A DNA stretch of 64,000 nt. Source: a virus. Each line of letters opens with the position of its first letter. The stretch's first letter is position 1. The position numbers and the translations under genes were made by a program. The stretch spans positions 60,140 through 124,139 of IMG/VR virus record IMGVR_UViG_3300042691_038416. The stretch is one strand, 5' to 3'. The notes below the pieces were generated by a model. That model did no database searches, was not told the DNA's origin, and was given only the letters and a program-made list of their open reading frames with translations. Below are positions 45,789 through 56,900 of this stretch, one piece after another.

Positions 45789-47228
45789 TTAATAAAGTAA
45801 TTTATGATTTAAAACTCTTTTTTGAATATTTTTAGTATTGATAAGTTCAAATTTTTCTCTAGGTGTCCAAGTAGCAAATAAATGATCTAATGTTTCAATA
45901 ATTCGTTTACCCATTTTTTCACCTGTGAAACCTGCTTCATTACTTAAAGCCCACTCACGTCCTTTTAATCCTCTTTCTTTAAGTTTTTCTCTACCTAAAG
46001 TATAAGCAAATTTAATCTGATTAGCCGCATCTTCAGCTGTACATCTATCATCCCAAATATAAGGTGTGACTGGTGATCCTTGAATTGAACGATTTGTTGG
46101 ATATACTGGTAATGCCCATTCACCATGTTCTCTTAAAGTACCATTATGGTTTGAAGGAAAATCAGCATCAAAATCTACCCATTTACCATTCTTAACAAAT
46201 CGCATTTGGTCTTGCATTCCACCAGTCACATTTGCAATAATTGGATTTCCAACTAAAAGCGCTTCTGTTAAACTTAATCCCCAACCTTCATTACTTGTTA
46301 ATAAGATCTGAGTGTCACTCATATTATATAACCAACTCATTTGTTCTGGTCCTAAACCAGGAGGTGTAAATATAATATTATATTTTGGATTTCCATCAAA
46401 CAAATAATCACATATTGCTCCTAAATCTGTTCCATTATCATCTACTACATGAGTATGAAGTACAAAAGCACATTTCTTAGCTTTTTCTTCAGATAATCCA
46501 TCAATAAAATATTTGTATGCTAAAAGTGTATCTGGAATTTGTTTACGACGAATGTTTCTAGAGTTAAAGAATAAAACAAAATCATATTCTTTTCCTTTAA
46601 AAATTTGACTTTTAAATTCTCTAAATTTAGGATCATTCTTATCAATTGGTTTAAAAATATTTTCATTTAAACCATGAGGAACATATTCAATAATTTTTTT
46701 CTTAGCTTTTTCTTCACCTAAAACTAATTTATTGATATTAACAGTTTGTTTAGAAATACCTAATAATGCATCACATGCTTCATAGAATGGTCTATTATAC
46801 ATTGGAGCTGGATAATCATCCCAAATATTGAGATAAATAATAGGCATTTTTCTTCTAATTTCATTTTCAATCTGAAATAACCACATAAAGTATCTTGGAT
46901 CAGTGATCAAGAAAATGGCATCTGGTTTTTCAATTTTAATGAGTTGTCTAATTAGATTTGGATCACCATATCCATCTACAGGATACATCACAACAGAAGC
47001 ATCTGTTAAACCTGTATTTGTATTAGTGTCTCCAGATAAATCTAATCTTTTTCCTTTATCAGGATGATTGATTGCTCCTGCAATCTGAACCCAATTAAAA
47101 TGTTGAGCTGTATTTAAAACCATTTCACGAGCAACAGTTGCTACTCCAGAATGTACTCTTAAATCATCACAAATTAATAAGATCTTTTTCCTCTCATTTT
47201 GAGGTAAATAAGCAAAACTTGAATTCAT
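45789..47228 (-). CDS. Glycosyltransferase (GT4-like, GT-B)
   Basis: HSGVA, VPHG, RNIRRK, NEGWGLSLTEA, TGGMQDQ. Confidence 0.88.
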   Translation of the reverse strand: MNSSFAYLPQNERKKILLICDDLRVHSGVATVAREMVLNTAQHFNWVQIAGAINHPDKGKRLDLSGDTNTNTGLTDASVVMYPVDGYGDPNLIRQLIKIEKPDAIFLITDPRYFMWLFQIENEIRRKMPIIYLNIWDDYPAPMYNRPFYEACDALLGISKQTVNINKLVLGEEKAKKKIIEYVPHGLNENIFKPIDKNDPKFREFKSQIFKGKEYDFVLFFNSRNIRRKQIPDTLLAYKYFIDGLSEEKAKKCAFVLHTHVVDDNGTDLGAICDYLFDGNPKYNIIFTPPGLGPEQMSWLYNMSDTQILLTSNEGWGLSLTEALLVGNPIIANVTGGMQDQMRFVKNGKWVDFDADFPSNHNGTLREHGEWALPVYPTNRSIQGSPVTPYIWDDRCTAEDAANQIKFAYTLGREKLKERGLKGREWALSNEAGFTGEKMGKRIIETLDHLFATWTPREKFELINTKNIQKRVLNHKLLY

Positions 47229-47239
47229 AGAACTTGTTT

Positions 47240-47425
47240 TTAGTCTTTAATTTTTGGATTTGAATAATTGGTAACTTGTTTTCTAAAATCTTCATTAGTA
47301 AGATATAAATCAATTGCCCGATTAACAAGCTTATTTAAAGAAAATTTTCTCTTAACACATTCGATTTTAAAGTTGTCAAATAGATCCTTGTCTACTTTGA
47401 CAGAGGTTAATTGTGTATTGTCCAT
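47240..47425 (-). CDS. Ribbon-helix-helix-like small DNA-binding protein
   Basis: LTSVKV..DLF..FK.....FSL.KLV.RAI.LY. Confidence 0.6.
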   Translation of the reverse strand: MDNTQLTSVKVDKDLFDNFKIECVKRKFSLNKLVNRAIDLYLTNEDFRKQVTNYSNPKIKD

Positions 47426-47466
47426 AACATTATTTATTGTATATATATAAATATATGTAGATCTAA

Positions 47467-48414
47467 TTAGATTGCACTTTCACATAAATCTTTTTTATCT
47501 TTAAAAGGACAATACATACAACTATTTTTTGATGGTGTAGGTTGATGATCAGTTGATTTAAAAGAACCATCTATACTAAATACATCTTCTATAAATGATG
47601 TTAATGCACTTTTAGCTTTATTTACTTTAGTTTTACCATTTGCTGGAGTAAATTCTTGAACACGTTTTTGAGGAAATTCACTTTCCTCCCATATTTTACG
47701 TTTTACAATAAAAAACTTAACATCAATATTATCAGCTGGGACTCCGAACTGTTCACTAAAGTATGTTTTATATAATAGGATTTGAAATTGTTTTATTTCA
47801 TCTTTCTTTTCCTTATCACTCCACCCACGTGTACTTGTTTTTATATCATATATAATAAATTCATTAGTTGGTTCATGATACATTACTAAATCAATAAATC
47901 CATTGAAATAAAGGTTGTTATAGCGTTTATCTGGTGAAATAACAATTGGGATCTCGATTCCAACTAAATGCCATCCTCTTGAACTAAAATACTCACCTCT
48001 ACGTTTTTTAACAAAATTAATAATAGCAATGCCATCATCAAAAAATTCTCTCATTGTTCCAGGATCACTGAAATGAACTGATTTATTATTTTGGTATTCT
48101 TTTGAATATACTTCTCTAAATTTTTCTTCAAAATATGTTTCTAAATCAATTCTATCTGCTGCTGCTCCTGATTCATTATAAGCTACACTTAAATAATGTT
48201 GTAATGTTTCATGGATTGCTGTTCCAAATACTGTATTAATAGTTGGAGTGTATACTTTATGACCATCTCTATATTGTAGTGCCCATTTTTTAGGGCAAGA
48301 CAAATACATTGATAATTGAGAATAAGATATACTTTTATGGAATGCATAATTAATTTCAATTGGTTTGAAATTCTTTATACGTTTTAGTACATCAGGCAAT
48401 TTATTTTTGGCCAT
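47467..48414 (-). CDS. PD-(D/E)XK Cas4/RecB-like exonuclease
   Basis: SYSQL...CP, GTAIHE, GFIDL, DIKTS, Q..LY, C..CP......C. Confidence 0.88.
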   Translation of the reverse strand: MAKNKLPDVLKRIKNFKPIEINYAFHKSISYSQLSMYLSCPKKWALQYRDGHKVYTPTINTVFGTAIHETLQHYLSVAYNESGAAADRIDLETYFEEKFREVYSKEYQNNKSVHFSDPGTMREFFDDGIAIINFVKKRRGEYFSSRGWHLVGIEIPIVISPDKRYNNLYFNGFIDLVMYHEPTNEFIIYDIKTSTRGWSDKEKKDEIKQFQILLYKTYFSEQFGVPADNIDVKFFIVKRKIWEESEFPQKRVQEFTPANGKTKVNKAKSALTSFIEDVFSIDGSFKSTDHQPTPSKNSCMYCPFKDKKDLCESAI

Positions 48415-48415
48415 A

Positions 48416-48766
48416 CTATTTTTTCCACATTCCGTTTTGCACTATCTGAGCAATAATACCATAGTTAGTAATATCTCTATAACTATCAGTTGTAGATTCA
48501 TCTGCTACTCGATTTTCTTTACCTAACAAAACTAGATTTTTTAAACGATTCATTTTATCATTCATTCGAATCCAAACTGCTGTTAATGAAAGTTTCTTTT
48601 CATCTTGAGTTTCAAGACGTGTACCCATAGAAATATTATCTAGACCATAATCTAACATCTTTCCAGCAAATAATTCATATTGTTCCTTAAGAATCTTTTT
48701 ATATTCTCTAGCTACTTCTGGATACTCTTCTTCCATTTGTTGGATGACTGTTTTTTCTGTTGCCAT
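48416..48766 (-). CDS. DUF1599 / nucleotide-modification-associated domain protein
   Basis: K..DYG, RMNDKMNRL.NL, ES..DS..D..NYGII. Confidence 0.75.
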   Translation of the reverse strand: MATEKTVIQQMEEEYPEVAREYKKILKEQYELFAGKMLDYGLDNISMGTRLETQDEKKLSLTAVWIRMNDKMNRLKNLVLLGKENRVADESTTDSYRDITNYGIIAQIVQNGMWKK

Positions 48767-48768
48767 TT

Positions 48769-49221
48769 TTATTTAATTAATTTTTTAATTTCTTTTTCAT
48801 CAATTCCTTTAGCTACTAAAATATTCTCTAACCATTTTTTATCAGTTAATGAAATATATTCTTCTGCTTCACTTATAGAACATTCAAAATATTCTGCTAT
48901 ATGCTGAGCTGCTTCAGGTGAAGTCTTTTTTGTATTTGACTTAATATAAGCTGAGTAAGTGTTTTTAGATTGTGGAATCATAAAACAGTATACTTCATAT
49001 AACTTTTTAGGATCTTTTAAATTCAAACCTTGAACATAATTTACAATCTCAATATACTTAGGATTCATACTTAAAAAACGATGAATCATATAATTATTAA
49101 ATTGTTTTTGTTGGTCTGGATTAAATGAATCCCAAGATGGTTTAGTATCAATGATTGCTTTTATCCAATCAAATACAGTAAATGACTTACTTTTTGTTGT
49201 TGTATTCTTCATATTCTTCAC
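48769..49221 (-). CDS. Clamp-loader small subunit (T4 gp62-like), start uncertain
   Basis: FNNYMIHRFLS, IAEYFECS..EA.EY; near clamp-loader ATPase. Confidence 0.65.
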   Translation of the reverse strand: MKNMKNTTTKSKSFTVFDWIKAIIDTKPSWDSFNPDQQKQFNNYMIHRFLSMNPKYIEIVNYVQGLNLKDPKKLYEVYCFMIPQSKNTYSAYIKSNTKKTSPEAAQHIAEYFECSISEAEEYISLTDKKWLENILVAKGIDEKEIKKLIK

Positions 49222-49435
49222 GAATTTCCTTAGGCAACAATGCTGTTAAGATTTTACCTGTTTTTACATCAATGAATACAGGAATAGGAATAATAGCATC
49301 CTCAGATGTACCAACTAAAAACTTACTTGCTTTTCTTAGCACTACTGCTTCTTGAAATACTTGATTTCCATCTTCTGATTCTACAGGGACAGTTTGTTTA
49401 ATGTCCACATTCATTTTCATTTGTTCTTGGTTCAT
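49187..49435 (-). CDS. Hypothetical phage protein
   Basis: LRKASKFLVGT..DAIIPIPVF motif. Confidence 0.65.
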   Translation of the reverse strand: MNQEQMKMNVDIKQTVPVESEDGNQVFQEAVVLRKASKFLVGTSEDAIIPIPVFIDVKTGKILTALLPKEIREEYEEYNNKK

Positions 49436-50367
49436 ATTACTTTTTTATTATTTATTGTTTCTAATATTTTTGATATACACGCCATTATATTGATTTCTTT
49501 ATCAAGTCTAAATGTTGCGTGGTACATATATTCTTCTAAATAACAGATGATTAAACCATCGTTACCTTTAGAATATTCACTTAAATACTCATATAAAAAC
49601 TTATATAAATCATCAAAATCATTTACATCAGCATTTGCTATAATTTGTCTAATATTGTTAAATGATTTGTTAGACGGTTTTTTTAATTCCTCTAATATAT
49701 GTTCTTTATATTGTTCATCTGTATCATTTAATTCACCTAATTTTAGAGCTCCATCAACAGTATATTTTTGACAATTGTTAATGATTTTTCTAAAATCAGG
49801 ATAGAACTTGTTTACAATAGTAACTAGATCTGGAATTTCATATTCAATATTTTCTTTATCTAGAATAACACTAACATGTTGTGCTACTACTTTTTTAGTA
49901 GGAGGAGATAAATCAAATTCTTGTAAACGACTTCTTAATGGTTCTATAAGACGTTCTGGGTAGTTACCTGTTAAGATAAAACGTGTTGTTAAACTATATG
50001 TTTCCATCATGTTTAACAATATAACTTGTGATGCTTGTAAAATATGAGTGGCTTCATCTAGAATCACTATTTTAAGTGGTTTAAATGAACCAGCGGCAGC
50101 AAATGCTCCTACTTTATCTCTCATAACATCAATTGATCGTTCATCAGTTGCATTAATATATAAGTAATCACAATCAATATTATTAACTAATATTTTAGCA
50201 ATTGTGGTTTTACCTGCGCCTGGTTTACCTGCAAATAGTAAATGAGGGATATCTTGATTCTTAATGAATTCTTGAAATTTGGTTTTAATTTCATCTTTAC
50301 AAATATATCCTTCTAATGTATCAGGACGATATTTTTCATTTAGAATTGTGTGTAACCTTTTTGACAT
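49432..50367 (-). CDS. Clamp-loader large subunit (RFC / T4 gp44-like AAA+)
   Basis: EKYRP, GKPGAGKTT, INATDE, ILDEA, RSR, YPDFR. Confidence 0.92.
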   Translation of the reverse strand: MSKRLHTILNEKYRPDTLEGYICKDEIKTKFQEFIKNQDIPHLLFAGKPGAGKTTIAKILVNNIDCDYLYINATDERSIDVMRDKVGAFAAAGSFKPLKIVILDEATHILQASQVILLNMMETYSLTTRFILTGNYPERLIEPLRSRLQEFDLSPPTKKVVAQHVSVILDKENIEYEIPDLVTIVNKFYPDFRKIINNCQKYTVDGALKLGELNDTDEQYKEHILEELKKPSNKSFNNIRQIIANADVNDFDDLYKFLYEYLSEYSKGNDGLIICYLEEYMYHATFRLDKEINIMACISKILETINNKKVI

Positions 50368-50412
50368 AACTTATTTTTATTAAATATATAGAATATTTCT
50401 CTGAAATCCAAA

Positions 50413-50657
50413 TTAATAGTCTCCGTAGATATTAAACTTTTTAGGTGGAGGAGCTTCTACATTTTCAGTAGTAATAACATATAACTCACCTTTTAATGGT
50501 TCAAGTCTAAACGCTTGAGGTTTAATAGTACTTTTTTGATAATATGCTTCTAATGTTTCAGTTAACGAATTATAAACTGTATCCTCACCATTAAGTAGCG
50601 ACCAGCGGTCCCCAGGGGGGACACGCTTCGCTATCAATATATTCTTTTCTTGTTCCA

Positions 50658-50658
<1 letters not shown>
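50413..50658 (-). CDS. Hypothetical protein
   Basis: RVPPGDRW motif; coupled to groEL. Confidence 0.65.
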
Positions 50659-52298
<1,640 letters not shown>

Positions 52299-52303
52299 TT
52301 AAT

Positions 52304-52591
52304 TTATTCTATAACTGCTAATACTTGTGATTCTTGACATGCCCAATATTCTTGACCTTCATGATCAAGTTTAGTTGGTCCCATAGCTGGTAGATATACT
52401 TTTTGACCTACTTCTAATGTTGTTTTAATGTAATTACCAGTGACTGACCAGTAGCCGTCTCCAACAGAGACAATAGTTCCTACTAATCCTTTTTCTTTTC
52501 CTAAATCTGGTACTACAATTGAACCATAAGTGGTTTCTTCCTCTTCTTGAGGTTTAACAATAATGTTGTTGAAAACTGCTTTTAATGACAT
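52304..52591 (-). CDS. groS: Co-chaperonin GroES
   Basis: IIVKP.EEEETT.G.IVVPD..KEK...G.IVSVG.G; adjacent to groEL. Confidence 0.9.
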   Translation of the reverse strand: MSLKAVFNNIIVKPQEEEETTYGSIVVPDLGKEKGLVGTIVSVGDGYWSVTGNYIKTTLEVGQKVYLPAMGPTKLDHEGQEYWACQESQVLAVIE

Positions 52592-52630
52592 AATCTTTAT
52601 TTTATAACTTTATTTACTTATATAAATATA

Positions 52631-52852
52631 TTAAAAATCCAGTTCTAATTGACCTGTTTCAGGAATTATTTGAGCTTCATCAATTTTAATAGCGAAATAA
52701 TATAATCCATCCTTTTTTAAAACTGTATCCGCACCTATATATTCTTTATATTCTAACACAAACTCTTCTTTAATACTAGTTTCTTTAATTGTTCGTTTGA
52801 TAATATATAAATTATCTTGAAAATTAATAACTTTTTTTACTAAATTAAACAT
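52631..52852 (-). CDS. Hypothetical protein
   Basis: Coupled ORF. Confidence 0.6.
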   Translation of the reverse strand: MFNLVKKVINFQDNLYIIKRTIKETSIKEEFVLEYKEYIGADTVLKKDGLYYFAIKIDEAQIIPETGQLELDF

Positions 52853-53579
52853 CTTTCTTTACAATATAATAAGTACTTGTTGTTTTATTTGTTTTAAATT
52901 CTAATTTAATTAGACCTTCTAAATTAACAGACATTTTAGCTGTTTCATAATCTTTATTACAACTAAGTATCTCTTTAAGTAGATCTGAATTAAATGCTAA
53001 TTCAAATTCCTTATTAGTGTTTTTATTAATATTTAAATAATAAGATACTTTATTGGCATATTCAATATCACCACCAAATGTAAGTTCTAATTGAGGGTCA
53101 CCATCTAAACTAGAATATGGATTAATAACCACTGTAGTACTTTCAGGTAATGCTGATTTAGCTTTAATTAAAGCTGTTATAGCTTCAGATTCTAATTCAA
53201 TTTCAATATCCCATTCTTCAGATCCACTATATGCTCCTGTTTTAGGAATTGTTAAAATGTCTGCTAATGAATAATTAACTGTAAATTGCTGATCAGCAAT
53301 AATTAATTTATTAAATATTTTATTATTTTTAACAAAACTCAACATCACTTCACCTGCTGTGATATTAATTAATTTTAGTAGCTGTGAAGTATTACTAATA
53401 CCAAATGATGAATCTTCTAGTTTAAATTCATTATGATTTATTTCACCAATCATTTCTCGTGTTGGTGCTGTAAATTTAATATTTAGAATATCATCTTTAA
53501 TATCCCATTTAACAGCTTCAATTAAGCCATTAAGATAATATTTATTAATTATGGATTGTAGTTCTACTTTATTTATCAT
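52845..53579 (-). CDS. Sliding clamp (T4 gp45/PCNA-like), putative
   Basis: ~240 aa two-domain size, between PolB and clamp loader; EGLIKLEF...YYIV end. Confidence 0.6.
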   Translation of the reverse strand: MINKVELQSIINKYYLNGLIEAVKWDIKDDILNIKFTAPTREMIGEINHNEFKLEDSSFGISNTSQLLKLINITAGEVMLSFVKNNKIFNKLIIADQQFTVNYSLADILTIPKTGAYSGSEEWDIEIELESEAITALIKAKSALPESTTVVINPYSSLDGDPQLELTFGGDIEYANKVSYYLNINKNTNKEFELAFNSDLLKEILSCNKDYETAKMSVNLEGLIKLEFKTNKTTSTYYIVKKDV

Positions 53580-53626
53580 AACTTTTATTTAGTTTAATAT
53601 AAGAAAAATATTTTAGAAGTCCAAAT

Positions 53627-56212
53627 TTAGAAACTAAAAAACTTTTTAATGTTAGGATTAAGTGATGGAAACTCCCACTTCAAATCACCATATAAGTTCT
53701 TTAATTTATTTCCTAATAACGACTCAAATATCTCCTCAACATCAATATATTGTTTAACAAATTCCTCAATTTCAGGTGGTACTTGAGCATTTGGAATACC
53801 TATTGTTTCTAGATTATAAGGATTTTGTTTTAGATTAACTATAAACAACTTATCACCTTCAATAATAGATTCATACTTTTTATCTAATTTTTTAAACTTA
53901 AGTAAGTCATTATATCTCACAGATGCTTTTGTATTAGCTGGTGCTTTCAACCTAAATGAGCTAAACATTTCTCCTGCTCTAGCTGGTATATGATATGCTG
54001 ATATTTGTTTTACTCCTGTGGGTTTACCTAATTCTTTTGGATTAAGTGTTTTAAGTGACTTATAGAAGTCAACTATGTTATTATCTATTTCCTCTTTTGA
54101 TTTACCAAACAAAATATCCTTAATTAGATTCTCACCAAACTTTTTAAATAACTTATTCATGTTTGACTTCATCAATTCAAGTCCTTTCATGTCTAATTCT
54201 TCAACAGGAACACCTTCCTTATTAGTGACATACATAGCATACCTTCGTTTACCAGTTGTAAGTACACCAGCACAAATTACTTCTTGTTTTAATTGGAAGT
54301 AGTGAGTGCCAGGTTTAATATTGAATAATTTCTTACTTAACTCGTTTAGGTAATCATTTGAATATGTTTGTATTTCATGAGCTAGTTCTAGTATTTTATC
54401 GTTTTTATCTTCTGGTTTAAGATTTGGATATCTATGTTTGATTAGATCACCTAACACAATATACATAGAATCTGTGTCACTAATACAAATATGTTGTTTA
54501 TCAACACCTAATTCATCATTTATAGTTTTATTAACATAAACAATACTTTCTTGGGTTAAGCGTTGACCACTGTTTGTGATAGCAGCACTACAAATCAAAT
54601 GACCATCAGTATACCTCCAACCATTTTTAGCATATGTACCATACATTGCGTTCTGTAAGATCTTAAATGAATGTTGAAACAAATCATATAATTTATAATT
54701 GGTCCAATCTTCTTCTTTACCTGCTTTCTTTTTTAATGCTCTGTAATGTTCTCGTTTTTCAAACCAACCTTGTAAAATAGTAGAACAAATGCTTTGTTCA
54801 TTAGTATCAAATATAGCACCTGAAGCAGCTATTGTATAATCATTTTTTTCAATTAAATCAATTAGTGTTTTTAATTTAATTTTAGCTGATTTAAGTTTAT
54901 AATTTGTTTTGTCTAATTTTTCAACAGTCACTTCTTCATTAGGATCTCTTTCTTTAAGTTTTTCTAATGAATGATTTTGTTCATAAGTAGAATGATATGG
55001 TACTTTAATTCTACCAATTAATGTTTCAATCCCTAAATTAAGTGATTTAATAATACTAGGATATAGTGAAGTAAAGTCTAAGTCAATCACATCAAAATAT
55101 AAACCAGGTACTGGTTCTAATAAGTAACCACCAGCATATGTTTCATTAGCTGCTTTTAGAGATGGATTATGAGTAGTTGGTTTATTAGGTGAGATAATAC
55201 CTTCACGACGTAAATACTTTAAGATAGCACCCTCATTCATAACTGTATTCCAATAAACACTTTCATATGGAATATTACAGATATGAGAAATCATAATTGT
55301 TAGGTCAATAAATTTTAATTTACCTTCTAGTTTTTCAATGATTTCAACATCTCGTAAGTTATAGTCTATAAAGGTATTTATATCATTTTTAAATAATGTA
55401 TTTAAATTTCCCTCGTATTCTACCTTACCTAAGTTAACGTATTTTAAACCAATATCTCCTAATTTATATGATGGTTCTTCCTTCATAATATATTTTTTAT
55501 GAAGTAACATATAGTCTAGATGATTAACTCCACCAACAGTAATCTGATGCTCACCATTAAAATCACGATAATCTACTTTACGAATAGGAGATAAACGTAA
55601 TACTTCATCTTCACCCATTACTTGTTTAATTCTAAAATACAAGTAAGGCATATCAAAGTATTCTGAGTTATATCCTACTAATATAGTTGGATCTAATTCT
55701 TCTAGTTTGTCTAAGAATCGTTTAATTAATTCTTTTTCAGAACCACAAGGTATGATATGTTGACCATCTTGATTATATTCTTTTATTTCCTTTGTTTTAT
55801 CTACAATTAAACATATTTTTTGTTTAGTTGTAACATCTATCAAAGCAATAGAAGTTAAAGGCATAGGAGCAGAAGAAATATATTCAGGTGTTAATGCTCC
55901 ACCCATTTCAATCTCAATGTCGAAATAAACTATATTATGCCATTCAGGTACAACATCATCATACTTGTAATATAATTCACGTAATACAACTAATTCTTTA
56001 TCAATATCTTTTTCTAATAAATTAGTATCTTCTTTATCATATTTTTTAGTTGGTATAGCCCAACCACCAGTTAATACTGGTTGAGCATTTTCTTGCCAAT
56101 CATCAACACGTCTCCAATAAGTTGGTTGATATTGAAATTGTGACCAACCTGTTTGATCATCACGAAGATAATAAGTGTATGATTTACGGTCGTAATAAAT
56201 TGATTGGTACAT
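53627..56212 (-). CDS. Family B DNA polymerase with 3'-5' exonuclease
   Basis: FDIEI, GYNSEYFD, YN..DV, DFTSLYPSII, K...NAMYG, SDTDS, KRRY. Confidence 0.96.
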   Translation of the reverse strand: MYQSIYYDRKSYTYYLRDDQTGWSQFQYQPTYWRRVDDWQENAQPVLTGGWAIPTKKYDKEDTNLLEKDIDKELVVLRELYYKYDDVVPEWHNIVYFDIEIEMGGALTPEYISSAPMPLTSIALIDVTTKQKICLIVDKTKEIKEYNQDGQHIIPCGSEKELIKRFLDKLEELDPTILVGYNSEYFDMPYLYFRIKQVMGEDEVLRLSPIRKVDYRDFNGEHQITVGGVNHLDYMLLHKKYIMKEEPSYKLGDIGLKYVNLGKVEYEGNLNTLFKNDINTFIDYNLRDVEIIEKLEGKLKFIDLTIMISHICNIPYESVYWNTVMNEGAILKYLRREGIISPNKPTTHNPSLKAANETYAGGYLLEPVPGLYFDVIDLDFTSLYPSIIKSLNLGIETLIGRIKVPYHSTYEQNHSLEKLKERDPNEEVTVEKLDKTNYKLKSAKIKLKTLIDLIEKNDYTIAASGAIFDTNEQSICSTILQGWFEKREHYRALKKKAGKEEDWTNYKLYDLFQHSFKILQNAMYGTYAKNGWRYTDGHLICSAAITNSGQRLTQESIVYVNKTINDELGVDKQHICISDTDSMYIVLGDLIKHRYPNLKPEDKNDKILELAHEIQTYSNDYLNELSKKLFNIKPGTHYFQLKQEVICAGVLTTGKRRYAMYVTNKEGVPVEELDMKGLELMKSNMNKLFKKFGENLIKDILFGKSKEEIDNNIVDFYKSLKTLNPKELGKPTGVKQISAYHIPARAGEMFSSFRLKAPANTKASVRYNDLLKFKKLDKKYESIIEGDKLFIVNLKQNPYNLETIGIPNAQVPPEIEEFVKQYIDVEEIFESLLGNKLKNLYGDLKWEFPSLNPNIKKFFSF

Positions 56213-56227
56213 AACCTTTATTTAATA

Positions 56228-56824
56228 TTAAAAAAATTTCTTAAGATCTGGTTTAAAATAGTTAATGTTTTTCATCACTTTTCTATCTCTTGATCTATAG
56301 ACAATCCAATATTCACCTACTTTTTCATAATGACATGGTTCACCTTGTTGTTCAGATCTTACTTTAACTGTTTCAATTGCTTCTTCTTCTGTCTTACAAG
56401 CTTTACTCATGTTTGATGCTTGTACCTCAGCATACGCATCCTGGAATTTATCTTTTAAACCATGAAGCATAACTCCATTACCTGTTGCTACATAAGTGAT
56501 ATCACAAAGTGCATCTAATACTTCTACAATATTTCCTGTTTCACAAGCTTCCTTATATTCCTCTAATTCTTCTAAAATAAAATTATAAACAAACATCCAT
56601 TCTTTTTCATCTGGAATATTTGGAGTATAAGTATTTGGCTTGCCCATTGTAGCATTAAATTCCTCTACTTCAGAGATATAAGGTACATAATTTAGTTTTT
56701 GTTCTAATGAAACAATTTTTTCTATAACATCATCACCTAATTCAATTTTAGACATCATTGACAAATCAATAACTTGTGATTTAAGTACTTTTATTAATTC
56801 TTGGTAGATTTTTTCTTTTTCCAT
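56228..56824 (-). CDS. MazG-like nucleoside triphosphate pyrophosphohydrolase
   Basis: EELEEY...EVLDALCDITYV...SNMSK; start after promoter 56842-56873. Confidence 0.82.
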   Translation of the reverse strand: MEKEKIYQELIKVLKSQVIDLSMMSKIELGDDVIEKIVSLEQKLNYVPYISEVEEFNATMGKPNTYTPNIPDEKEWMFVYNFILEELEEYKEACETGNIVEVLDALCDITYVATGNGVMLHGLKDKFQDAYAEVQASNMSKACKTEEEAIETVKVRSEQQGEPCHYEKVGEYWIVYRSRDRKVMKNINYFKPDLKKFF

Positions 56825-56900
56825 ATAACTTTTATTTTTTATTAATATAAGAAAAAAGGCTTGGATCACCAAGCCTTAATTAAGAACTTTAAATTAAATA

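Noticed and set aside
29908-47228. Bacterial O-antigen/capsule locus (host chromosome)
   Set aside because: It carries the same phage promoter at both ends, is continuous with T4-like replication genes, and lacks flippase, polymerase and export genes.
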